A model generated the notes under the pieces. The model saw only the letters and a list, made by a program, of their open reading frames with translations. It did not search any database and had not been told where the DNA came from. Both the position numbers and the translations under genes were made by a program. A stretch of 64,000 nucleotides of DNA. Origin: Myxococcales bacterium. GTDB lineage: Bacteria > Myxococcota_A > UBA9042 > JABWCM01 > BTVJ01. The stretch is from NCBI GenBank assembly GCA_045863395.1, contig BTVJ01000014.1:64001-128000 (forward strand), written 5' to 3'. Positions 27,638 to 37,468 of this stretch are shown here, in pieces (position 1 is the first letter of the stretch; every line of letters begins with the position of its first letter).

Positions 27638-28621
27638 ATGAACCCACTCGACTTTCTCGACGAGGAGGAGCGCGACCTCGTCGAACGCGCCATGGTGGTC
27701 ATCGACTCCATGCCCGGGTCCCACGACGTGGTGCACCAGGGCCTGGGGCGCCTCGGCTGGCTGGCGCAGATCACGCGCTCCTACCCGTCGCTGCTCGGCT
27801 ACGAGGTCCTCGGCCGCCGCGTGCGCACCGCCGAGACGCTGGTCTCCTCGCTGATCACCCTCGACCGGGCCGCGAGCGAGCTGGAGCTCCCGGTCAAGGC
27901 GGCCGTCGGGCGCGCCTTCCTCATCGCCAAGATCCAGTTCTTCCGCTCCGTGATGATGGCGCTTCAGCAGTGGCCGCGGCTCGTGCCCGCGGGGATGCTG
28001 GAGGACCTCGCCTTCGAGCTCGACCAGGCGGTCTACACGAAGCTGGGCGAGGAGGTGCTGCTCGGGCTCATCTACGCGCCGGACCTCAAGCAGGAGGTCA
28101 AGCACCTGGCCGCGCAGGTGCTGCTCGGGCTGTGGGAGAAGCCGATCCTCACGGAGGTCACGGACTTCTCGCCCGCCCTGGAGTCCACCTGGCACGCGCG
28201 CAACGAGCTGGTGCCCGCCCTGGGCGTCCTGACCGGCGTCGCCGAGCTGTTTCGCCTGGCCCAGAGCCAGGTGGCGCCGGAGTTCCTGGACTTCTTCGCG
28301 CGGGACGGCCTCTCCGACGACGAGCACAGCGCTTTCCGGGAGTTCCTGTTCGGGCTGCTCACCGAGGAGCTCGAGCGAATCGCCGTGGTCATGGACCAGG
28401 AGGGCCTCTCCGTGTGCGACCGGGCGCTCGTCGAGCGGGTGCTCGGGCCCAACGCCACGCGCTTCCTCGTCGTCGGCGACTCGGTCTCCATGTACCGCGC
28501 CTACCGCCGGCGCTCTCTGGCAACCGAGTACCGGCGGGTCAGCAACACACCGGGCCCGAGCCAGACCGCCGAGGGCTACATCATGGGGTGGATCCTGGGG
28601 CGACGGCTCCGGGAGAGCTGA
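27638..28621 (+). CDS. Hypothetical soluble helical protein
   Basis: 327-aa ORF with genome-typical codon usage and balanced composition; no motif recognised. Confidence 0.75.
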   Translation: MNPLDFLDEEERDLVERAMVVIDSMPGSHDVVHQGLGRLGWLAQITRSYPSLLGYEVLGRRVRTAETLVSSLITLDRAASELELPVKAAVGRAFLIAKIQFFRSVMMALQQWPRLVPAGMLEDLAFELDQAVYTKLGEEVLLGLIYAPDLKQEVKHLAAQVLLGLWEKPILTEVTDFSPALESTWHARNELVPALGVLTGVAELFRLAQSQVAPEFLDFFARDGLSDDEHSAFREFLFGLLTEELERIAVVMDQEGLSVCDRALVERVLGPNATRFLVVGDSVSMYRAYRRRSLATEYRRVSNTPGPSQTAEGYIMGWILGRRLRES

Positions 28622-29080
28622 GTGCGCTCCGACCCCCGCATCTCCATCCTGCGCGACCCCCGCGAGGACCCGCGGAAGTGCTCTCTCAGGGGCCTGCACG
28701 GGCGGCCGGACGTCGCGTTCCACCGCTGGCGCGCCGACCGCACGTGGGACGCAATCGGGCGTGTCCTGCTCGCGGTCGGGGCGCCCGTGCTGGCGCCCGA
28801 GGACGCTGCGGCGGGACTCCTGCTCCTGGACTGCTCCTGGCGGCGAGTCCCCTCCCTGCGGCGGTGCCTGCTCGGGGACCCGGTCGAGCGATCACTGCCC
28901 CCGCTTCGTACTGCCTACCCTCGCACTGCCCGGGCGGGTACGGACCCGGACGCCGGTCTCGCCAGCATCGAGGCACTCTACGCGGCGGTGGCCCTGCTCT
29001 GGGGGCCGGACCCGACCCTGCTGGACGGTTACCCGTCTGCGGCGGCCTTCCTGGCGCAGAACCCGCACCTGGGGACATAA
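28622..29080 (+). CDS. Tsr3/DUF367-like aminocarboxypropyltransferase
   Basis: EDPRKCSL, LLLLDCSW, RSLP.LRTAYPR, GLASIEALYAA. Confidence 0.75.
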   Translation: MRSDPRISILRDPREDPRKCSLRGLHGRPDVAFHRWRADRTWDAIGRVLLAVGAPVLAPEDAAAGLLLLDCSWRRVPSLRRCLLGDPVERSLPPLRTAYPRTARAGTDPDAGLASIEALYAAVALLWGPDPTLLDGYPSAAAFLAQNPHLGT

Positions 29081-29266
29081 TTGGACGTCGATATCCGTTG
29101 ACTGCCGGGCTCCCGTGATGCATCCTGCGCCCAACCAATGCGCATGTTTGTTGAAATATCGAAGTCGTCACAAAGGGTTATCTAAGTACGACTGATTTGG
29201 TCCTGTTTTTTCCATAGGCGCTGTGCTAAGGAAGCGCCAGCATCGGGGGAGGAAGCGGAGGACACG

Positions 29267-30709
<1,443 letters not shown>

Positions 30710-30731
30710 CACGAACCACACAGAGATCACC

Positions 30732-31487
30732 ATGCTGAAGATCGAGAGTCTGGAGGCCCGGGTAGAGGGCAAGGAGATCCTGCGGGGCATCGACCTGGAG
30801 GTGAAGGCCGGGGAGGTGCACGCCATCATGGGGCCCAACGGCTCCGGCAAGAGCACCCTCGCCAATGTGCTCGCCGGGCGCGGCGGCTACGAGGTCACTG
30901 GCGGCTCCGTCTCCCTGTGGGGCAAGGACCTGCTCGCCATGGCCGCCGAGGAGCGCGCCCGCGAGGGGGTGTTCCTGGCCTTTCAGTACCCGGTGGAGAT
31001 CCCGGGCGTCGGCAACACCTACTTCATGCGGACGGCGCTCAACGCCATCCGCAAGCATCGAGGGGAGGAGGAGCTCGACGCCATGGACTTCCTGGCGCTG
31101 ATCAAACAGAAGATGAAGATCGTGGACATGCCCCAGACGCTCATGAGCCGGGCGGTCAACGAGGGGTTCTCTGGAGGGGAGAAGAAGCGCAACGAGATCC
31201 TGCAGATGCTGGTGCTGGATCCGCGGCTCGCCATCCTCGACGAGACGGACTCGGGGCTCGACATCGACGCGCTGAAGCTGGTGTCCCAAGGGGTCAACCA
31301 CCTGCGGGAGCGCGGGGACCGGGGCATCCTCATGATCACGCACTACCAGCGGCTCCTCGACCACATCGTGCCCGACCGGGTGCACGTGCTCGCCGAGGGG
31401 CGGATCCTGCGCTCCGGCGACAAGGAGCTGGCGCTGGAGCTGGAGCGGACCGGGTACGCCGGCATCGTGGACGCGGCACGCGCCTGA
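30732..31487 (+). CDS. sufC: Fe-S cluster assembly ATPase SufC
   Basis: GPNGSGKST, FQYPVEIPGV, GFSGGEKKRNE, LDETDSGLDIDAL. Confidence 0.98.
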   Translation: MLKIESLEARVEGKEILRGIDLEVKAGEVHAIMGPNGSGKSTLANVLAGRGGYEVTGGSVSLWGKDLLAMAAEERAREGVFLAFQYPVEIPGVGNTYFMRTALNAIRKHRGEEELDAMDFLALIKQKMKIVDMPQTLMSRAVNEGFSGGEKKRNEILQMLVLDPRLAILDETDSGLDIDALKLVSQGVNHLRERGDRGILMITHYQRLLDHIVPDRVHVLAEGRILRSGDKELALELERTGYAGIVDAARA

Positions 31488-31497
31488 GGAGGGTCGG

Positions 31498-32778
31498 ATG
31501 GACGACAGGCTGCCGACCGGTCCCTGGGTCGACGACGCGCCCGTGGTGAGCGACTGGACCGCCGGGCTGCGCCGCGCGGGGCTGGAGCGCTTCCAGGCGC
31601 TCGGGTTTCCGACCACCCGGGACGAGGCGTGGAAGTACACGAACCTGGCGCCGCTGGCGCGAGGTGGATTTCGCGTGGGGCGCGAGGCGCAGGCGGCCCC
31701 CGCTGGCATCGCGGAGCGGTGGGGCCTTGGGGGCGCCCGCGTCGTGATCGTGGACGGGCACTTCGACCGGGGGGCGAGCCGGTTGGGGGTTGGAGCGGGC
31801 GCCCGGCTCGTGCCCCTTGGGCTGGCTCTCGCGGAGCATCGTGAGCTGGTGGAGCCGCTCCTCGGCGCCTGTGCACCGGAGGGTGACGCCATGGCGTCGC
31901 TCAACCAGGCTCACCTCGGGGACGGGCTCGTGCTCCACGTGCAGGCGGGCGTCGACCTCGAGGAGCCCATCGTCGTGCTCCACGTGGGGCTCGGCGCCGG
32001 CATCGTGAGCCACCCGCGGACCTTGATTGCGCTCGAGACCGGTGCGCGGGCGCGCGTCGTCGAGGTCTGGGTGACGGAGGGGCAGGGCGCCCGCGCCTCC
32101 AACGCCGTGACCGAGGTGTCGCTGGCGGACGGCGCGACGCTCGAGCACTGCTCCGTGGGGGCCGAGGGACCCGATGCCCTGCGGACCGCGGCGCTGTTTG
32201 CTCGTGTCGGGCGCTCGGCAACGCTGCGCTCGGGTTCTTACGCCTTCGGGGCGGGGCTGGGCCGCGCGGAGGTGTCGGTCACGCTCGGGGAGGGCGCCGA
32301 GTGCGACCTGAGCGGGCTCACCCTGGTGGGAGGCAAGCGCCACGCGGACGTGCGGACCTTCGTGGACCACGCGGCGCCCCACGGTACGAGCCGCCAGACC
32401 TTCAAGGGCATCGCCGGCGGGGCGGGGCGCACCGTGTTCAACGGGCGGGTCCTCGTGCGGCCCGGGGCGCAGAAGACGGACGCCCGGCAGAGCAGCCAGA
32501 ACCTGCTGCTCAGTGAGCGCGCCTGGGCGGATACGCGGCCCCAGCTCGAGATCTTCGCCGACGACGTGAAGTGCGCCCACGGGGCGACGGTGGGGCAGCT
32601 CGACGAGGAGGCGCTGTTCTACCTGCGGGCGCGGGGGATTGGGGCAACCGAAGCCCAGGCCCTGCTGACGGAGGCCTTTGCGGGGGAGGTGCTCGACTCC
32701 TGCCCCACCGAGGCCCTGCGCCCCACGCTGCGGGCAGTGCTGTCGGAGCGTCTGACCACGGGGGAGGAGATGCCATGA
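31498..32778 (+). CDS. sufD: Fe-S cluster assembly protein SufD
   Basis: EAWKYT, FNGRVLV...AQKTDA, PQLEIFADDVKCAHGATVG, LFYLRARGI. Confidence 0.96.
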   Translation: MDDRLPTGPWVDDAPVVSDWTAGLRRAGLERFQALGFPTTRDEAWKYTNLAPLARGGFRVGREAQAAPAGIAERWGLGGARVVIVDGHFDRGASRLGVGAGARLVPLGLALAEHRELVEPLLGACAPEGDAMASLNQAHLGDGLVLHVQAGVDLEEPIVVLHVGLGAGIVSHPRTLIALETGARARVVEVWVTEGQGARASNAVTEVSLADGATLEHCSVGAEGPDALRTAALFARVGRSATLRSGSYAFGAGLGRAEVSVTLGEGAECDLSGLTLVGGKRHADVRTFVDHAAPHGTSRQTFKGIAGGAGRTVFNGRVLVRPGAQKTDARQSSQNLLLSERAWADTRPQLEIFADDVKCAHGATVGQLDEEALFYLRARGIGATEAQALLTEAFAGEVLDSCPTEALRPTLRAVLSERLTTGEEMP

Positions 32779-34025
32779 TCGCGATGGTGGAGGCGCCGCG
32801 GGCGCCAGCCCTTGACGTGGAGGCCATTCGCGCCCAGTTCCCCGTGCTGCACCAGCAGACCCACGGAAAGCCCCTGGTCTACATGGACAGCGCGGCGACC
32901 ACGCAGAAGCCGCAGGCCGTCATCGACGCGGTGAGCCGGTACTACGAGGAGGACAACGCCAACATCCACCGGGGCGTCTACGAGCTGAGCCAGCGGGCCA
33001 CCGATGCCTACGAAGGGGGGCGCAAGACCGTGGCGCGGTTCCTCAACGCGCGCTCCGAGCGAGAGATCGTCTTCGTGCGAGGCACCACCGAGGCGATCAA
33101 CCTTGTGGCGGCCACCTTCGGGCGGAGCCGGGTGGGGGCGGGTGACGAGATCCTCATCACGGGCATGGAGCACCACTCCAACATCGTGCCCTGGCAGCTC
33201 CTGTGCGAGCAGACCGGGGCGCGCCTGGTGGTGGCGCCCATCGACGACGACGGGGCGCTGCCCCTCGACGAGCTGGAGCGGCGCATTGGGGACCGCACGA
33301 AGCTGCTCGGCCTGGTCCACCAGTCGAACGCCCTCGGCACCATCAACCCCGCGCGCCGCATCGTCGAGCTGGCGCACGCGCGAGGGGTGCCGGTCCTGCT
33401 GGACGCCGCCCAGTCCGTGGCCCACATGCCCGTGGACGTGCAGGAGCTCGGCTGCGACTTCCTCGCGTTCTCGGGCCACAAGATCTTCGGGCCCACGGGC
33501 ATCGGGGTCCTCTATGGGCGCCAGGAGCTGCTCGAGGCCATGCCCCCGTGGCAGGGCGGCGGGGACATGATCCTGTCGGTGTCCTTCGAGAGGACCACCT
33601 ACAACCGGGTGCCGTGGAAGTTCGAGGCGGGGACGCCCCACATCGCCGGCGTGGTGGGGCTCGCGGCGGCCATCCGGTGGCTCCAGGGCGTGGGGCTCGG
33701 GGCGGTCGCCGCCTGGGAGAGCGAGCTGCTCGCCTACGCCACGCGAGCGCTGCGAGACGTACCTGGGCTGCGGCTCATCGGGACGGCCTCCGAGAAGGGC
33801 CCCATCCTGTCCTTCGTGCTGGAGGGGGTCCACCCCCACGACATCGGCACGATCCTCGATGGCGAGGGGGTCGCCATCCGCGCCGGCCACCACTGCGTCC
33901 AGCCGGTGATGACCCGGTTCGGGGTGCCCGCGACGGCGCGGGCCTCGCTCGCGCTCTACAACACCATCGCAGAGGTGGACGTGCTGGTCCGGGCCATCCA
34001 CAAGGTGGGGGAGATCTTCCGATGA
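32775..34025 (+). CDS. sufS: Cysteine desulfurase SufS
   Basis: YMDSAATTQKP, EHHSNIVPW, SGHKIFGPTG (PLP Lys), RAGHHC; ATGA overlap with sufD. Confidence 0.97.
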   Translation: MIAMVEAPRAPALDVEAIRAQFPVLHQQTHGKPLVYMDSAATTQKPQAVIDAVSRYYEEDNANIHRGVYELSQRATDAYEGGRKTVARFLNARSEREIVFVRGTTEAINLVAATFGRSRVGAGDEILITGMEHHSNIVPWQLLCEQTGARLVVAPIDDDGALPLDELERRIGDRTKLLGLVHQSNALGTINPARRIVELAHARGVPVLLDAAQSVAHMPVDVQELGCDFLAFSGHKIFGPTGIGVLYGRQELLEAMPPWQGGGDMILSVSFERTTYNRVPWKFEAGTPHIAGVVGLAAAIRWLQGVGLGAVAAWESELLAYATRALRDVPGLRLIGTASEKGPILSFVLEGVHPHDIGTILDGEGVAIRAGHHCVQPVMTRFGVPATARASLALYNTIAEVDVLVRAIHKVGEIFR

Positions 34026-34468
34026 GCATGGACCTGCGCGACCTCTACCAGGAGGTCATCCTGGATCACAACCGGCGCCCCCGGAACTTCCACGCGATGG
34101 ACGGCTCGACGGGGCACGCGGTCGGGCACAACCCGCTCTGCGGCGATCAGGTCACCGTGTGGGTGGCGGTGCGGGACGGGCTCGTGACGGACGTCAGCTT
34201 TCAGGGCTCCGGCTGCGCCATCTCTACTGCGTCGGCCTCCGTCATGACCGAGGTGCTGCGGGGCAAGTCGGTGGCCGAGGCGGAGCGCCTGTATCACGTC
34301 TTCCACGAGCTGGTGACCGATGGGGCGGAGGTGACCGAAGACCTCGGCAAGCTCGCTGTCTTTGCGGGCGTCGGGCAGTATCCGGCGCGGGTCAAGTGCG
34401 CGTCCCTCGCCTGGCACACGGTCCACGCCGCGCTGACCGGTGAGGCGGAGACCATCTCTACGGAGTAG
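34022..34468 (+). CDS. sufU: SUF system sulfur-transfer protein SufU
   Basis: LYQEVILDH, NPLCGD, GCAISTAS, RVKCASL; ATGA overlap with sufS. Confidence 0.95.
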   Translation: MSMDLRDLYQEVILDHNRRPRNFHAMDGSTGHAVGHNPLCGDQVTVWVAVRDGLVTDVSFQGSGCAISTASASVMTEVLRGKSVAEAERLYHVFHELVTDGAEVTEDLGKLAVFAGVGQYPARVKCASLAWHTVHAALTGEAETISTE

Positions 34469-34474
34469 GAGCCC

Positions 34475-34861
34475 ATGAATCATCTCGCCCACGACGAGGA
34501 TCTGGACGGCTTCTCCACGCGGCTCGCGCCCCCACCACGGGCCCCGGTCGCGGCGGACAGCCCCCTGAAGGACCGCATCGTCGACGCGCTGAAGACGGTG
34601 TACGACCCCGAGATTCCCGTGGACATCTGGGAGCTCGGGTTGATCTACGACGTGCTGATTCGCGCGGACAACACCGTCGCCTTGACCATGACCCTCACGT
34701 CGCCGTTCTGCCCCGTGGCGGGCATCCTCCCTGGCGAGGTGGAGGCGAAGGTGCGCGCAGTAGACGGCGTGACCGACGTGACCCTGGAGCTGGTCTGGGA
34801 TCCGCCCTGGTCGCCGGAGCTCATGTCCGAGGGGGCGAAGCTGGAGCTCGGGTTCTTCTGA
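34475..34861 (+). CDS. sufT: SufT / DUF59 Fe-S maturation protein
   Basis: VYDPEIPVDIWELGLIY, MTLTSPFCP, VWDPPW. Confidence 0.9.
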   Translation: MNHLAHDEDLDGFSTRLAPPPRAPVAADSPLKDRIVDALKTVYDPEIPVDIWELGLIYDVLIRADNTVALTMTLTSPFCPVAGILPGEVEAKVRAVDGVTDVTLELVWDPPWSPELMSEGAKLELGFF

Positions 34862-34962
34862 GACGGGCGCTGCTCGGGGCCCCCAGCGCACGCCATTGCG
34901 GTCCCACTCGGGACTTGTCGTAGCCAAATGCCAGGCGTATCCTCGCGGCACGAGGTCTACCC

Positions 34963-37455
34963 GTGAGATGCGCGCTCCCCCCGATGGTGGCCATGCTGAC
35001 GTTCGCGCTTGCCGCCTGTGGGGACGGAGCGCCACCGATGCCTCCGCCCGGCACTGGCAGCGACGCCGACTCGACGGCCTCGGACGCGGGCGTCGCGCCC
35101 GATGCCGCTGCCGAAGTGACTGAGACCCCCGACGTACCCACCCAGGACGCCGCCGAACCAACCGACGCCGAGTCGAGCACGGATGCGGCGGACGGCGTGG
35201 ACGTCGGCTGGGGCGACGTGGGCTTCGACGCCGTGGATGGCTCCTGGGACGCCGGGCAGGACGCCGCCCAGGACTCCGGGCAGGGCGCCGGGGATGCAGA
35301 CGGGGACACGGATGCCGCCGGCGGACCGGTCCCTTGCGCAGAGGACGCCGACTGCGACGACGGCTGGGCGTGCACCGCGGACGCCTGCGTCGCCGCGGCC
35401 TGCCAGCACGTGGCGGTGGCGGGGTGCGTCGAGGTGGCCTGCTTCACGGACGGCGCGTGCGGGGGGAGCCCCTGCGAGACGTGGGCCTGCGAGCCGTGCG
35501 CTCCGCCCCACGCAGGCTGTCCGGACGGGGCGCGGGGGTGCAGGCGGCTCGCCCTGACCGTGTGCGACGACGGTGAGCCCTGCACCGTGGACACATGCGA
35601 GGCGGGCGGGTGCAGCCACAACCCCGTGGACTGCGACGACGGCGACCCGTGCACCACCGACGGGTGTGACCAGGACGGCGGGTGTACGCACGCCGCGGAT
35701 TCGGCCTGCGGGTGCGCCGCGGACGGAGAGTGCGACGACGGCGACGGCTGCACCACCGACTCGTGTGTGGCTGGGGGCTGCGTCCACGCCGCCCTGTCGT
35801 GCCTCGACGCGGACCCCTGCACGGTGGACGCGTGCCAAGGCGGGGCCTGCGTCCACACGCCGGTGGTGTGCGACGATGGCGACCCATGCACGGGCGACGC
35901 CTGCGACGCGTTCACTGGCCTCTGCGCCGCTGCGCCCCTCTGCAGCGACGGGGACCCATGCACTGTGGACTCGTGCGCTGCCGGGGCGTGCTCCCAGTCT
36001 CCGCTCGACTGCGACGACGGCGATCCCTGCACGGAGGACGTGTGCGTCGCGGGAGCCTGCGCGTCGACGCTGGACCTCGGCTGTGCTGCCTGCGCCGCCG
36101 GGGTCTGCGACGACGGCAACGCCTGCACCGTCGACGCCTGCGACGGCGGCGCCTGCTCCCACGCGCCCCTGAGCTGCGACGACGGGGACCCGTGCACGAC
36201 CGACGGGTGCAAGCCGCTGTCGGGCTGCGTCGCGGCGGCGCTCTTCTGCGACGACGGCAACCCGTGCACCGTCGACTCGTGCGGAGCGGGCGGGTGCTCG
36301 TTCGCGCCCGTCGCGTGCGATGACGGCGACGCCTGCACGACGGACGCCTGCGTCCTGGGCCTGGGCTGCCAGAGTGTTCCATCGCTCTGCCCGGACGACG
36401 ACCCCTGCGCCGACTTCGCGTGCGACGCGCTGGCGGGCTGCATCGCGCTGCCCGTGGACTGCACGGACGGGGACCCGTGCACCGACGACGGGTGTGCCGG
36501 GGGAGCGTGCGTCCACGCCCCGACCGCCTGCGACCTCGACGACGATCCGTGCACCTGGGACGGCTGCATCCAGGGCTCCGGCTGCACCTACCCGCTGCTC
36601 GGTTGCACGGACTTCGATGCGTGCACCCAGGATCTGTGCGACCCAGCGACGGGGTGCTCTTACGTGGTGGTGTCCTGCGACGACGGACTCGCGTGTACCG
36701 CGGACACCTGCGACCCGAGCGCCGGCTGTCTCCACGAGGTCCTCTGCGACGACGGGGTGCCATGTACCACTGACCTGTGCACCGCGTCCGGGTGCGTCCA
36801 CGCAGCGACGTGCGACGACGGCGACCCGTGCACCACGGACACGTGCTCCGGCGGCGCGTGCGCCCACGGCGTCGTGCCGTGCCACGACGACCTCCCCTGC
36901 ACCCTCGACGGGTGCGATTCGGGCACCGGCGCGTGCACCCATACGCCGCTCGCCGGATGCACCGGCTGCTCCGTGAGCCTCTGCGACGACGGGGACCCTT
37001 GCACCGAAGACGAGTGCAGCGCGGGCGACACCTGCGTCCACTCCCCACTCTCCTGCGATGACGGCAACGCCTGCACCGCGGACTCCTGTGCACCTGGCGG
37101 GTGCGTCCATGCGCAGGCCCCGTGCGACGACGGCGACGCCTGCACCCTGGACCTCTGCGATCCGCTGAGCGGCGCGTGCTTCACGGTCGAGACGGACTGC
37201 GGCGACGGCGACCCATGCACCCTGGACTCCTGCGCCGGTGGGCTGTGCGCGTCCGTGCCCATTCCGGGCTGTGGCGGCTGCGCTGGCGACGCCGACTGCG
37301 CCGACGGAGAGCCCTGCACGGCGGACACCTGCGAAGCCGGCGCCTGCGCTCACGGGGCGGTGTCCTGCGACGACGGCGACCCCTGCACGGCCGACGGGTG
37401 CAACGGCCTGACGGGGGCGTGCGACCACGCGACGCTGCCCGGCTGTGTTCCATGA
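34963..37455 (+). CDS. Lipoprotein with about 26 CDDGDPCTxDxC repeats
   Basis: LTFALAAC lipobox, acidic linker, tandem Cys/Asp repeats. Start is 34963 or 34984. Confidence 0.85.
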   Translation: MRCALPPMVAMLTFALAACGDGAPPMPPPGTGSDADSTASDAGVAPDAAAEVTETPDVPTQDAAEPTDAESSTDAADGVDVGWGDVGFDAVDGSWDAGQDAAQDSGQGAGDADGDTDAAGGPVPCAEDADCDDGWACTADACVAAACQHVAVAGCVEVACFTDGACGGSPCETWACEPCAPPHAGCPDGARGCRRLALTVCDDGEPCTVDTCEAGGCSHNPVDCDDGDPCTTDGCDQDGGCTHAADSACGCAADGECDDGDGCTTDSCVAGGCVHAALSCLDADPCTVDACQGGACVHTPVVCDDGDPCTGDACDAFTGLCAAAPLCSDGDPCTVDSCAAGACSQSPLDCDDGDPCTEDVCVAGACASTLDLGCAACAAGVCDDGNACTVDACDGGACSHAPLSCDDGDPCTTDGCKPLSGCVAAALFCDDGNPCTVDSCGAGGCSFAPVACDDGDACTTDACVLGLGCQSVPSLCPDDDPCADFACDALAGCIALPVDCTDGDPCTDDGCAGGACVHAPTACDLDDDPCTWDGCIQGSGCTYPLLGCTDFDACTQDLCDPATGCSYVVVSCDDGLACTADTCDPSAGCLHEVLCDDGVPCTTDLCTASGCVHAATCDDGDPCTTDTCSGGACAHGVVPCHDDLPCTLDGCDSGTGACTHTPLAGCTGCSVSLCDDGDPCTEDECSAGDTCVHSPLSCDDGNACTADSCAPGGCVHAQAPCDDGDACTLDLCDPLSGACFTVETDCGDGDPCTLDSCAGGLCASVPIPGCGGCAGDADCADGEPCTADTCEAGACAHGAVSCDDGDPCTADGCNGLTGACDHATLPGCVP

Positions 37456-37468
37456 AGGAGGCTACCCC

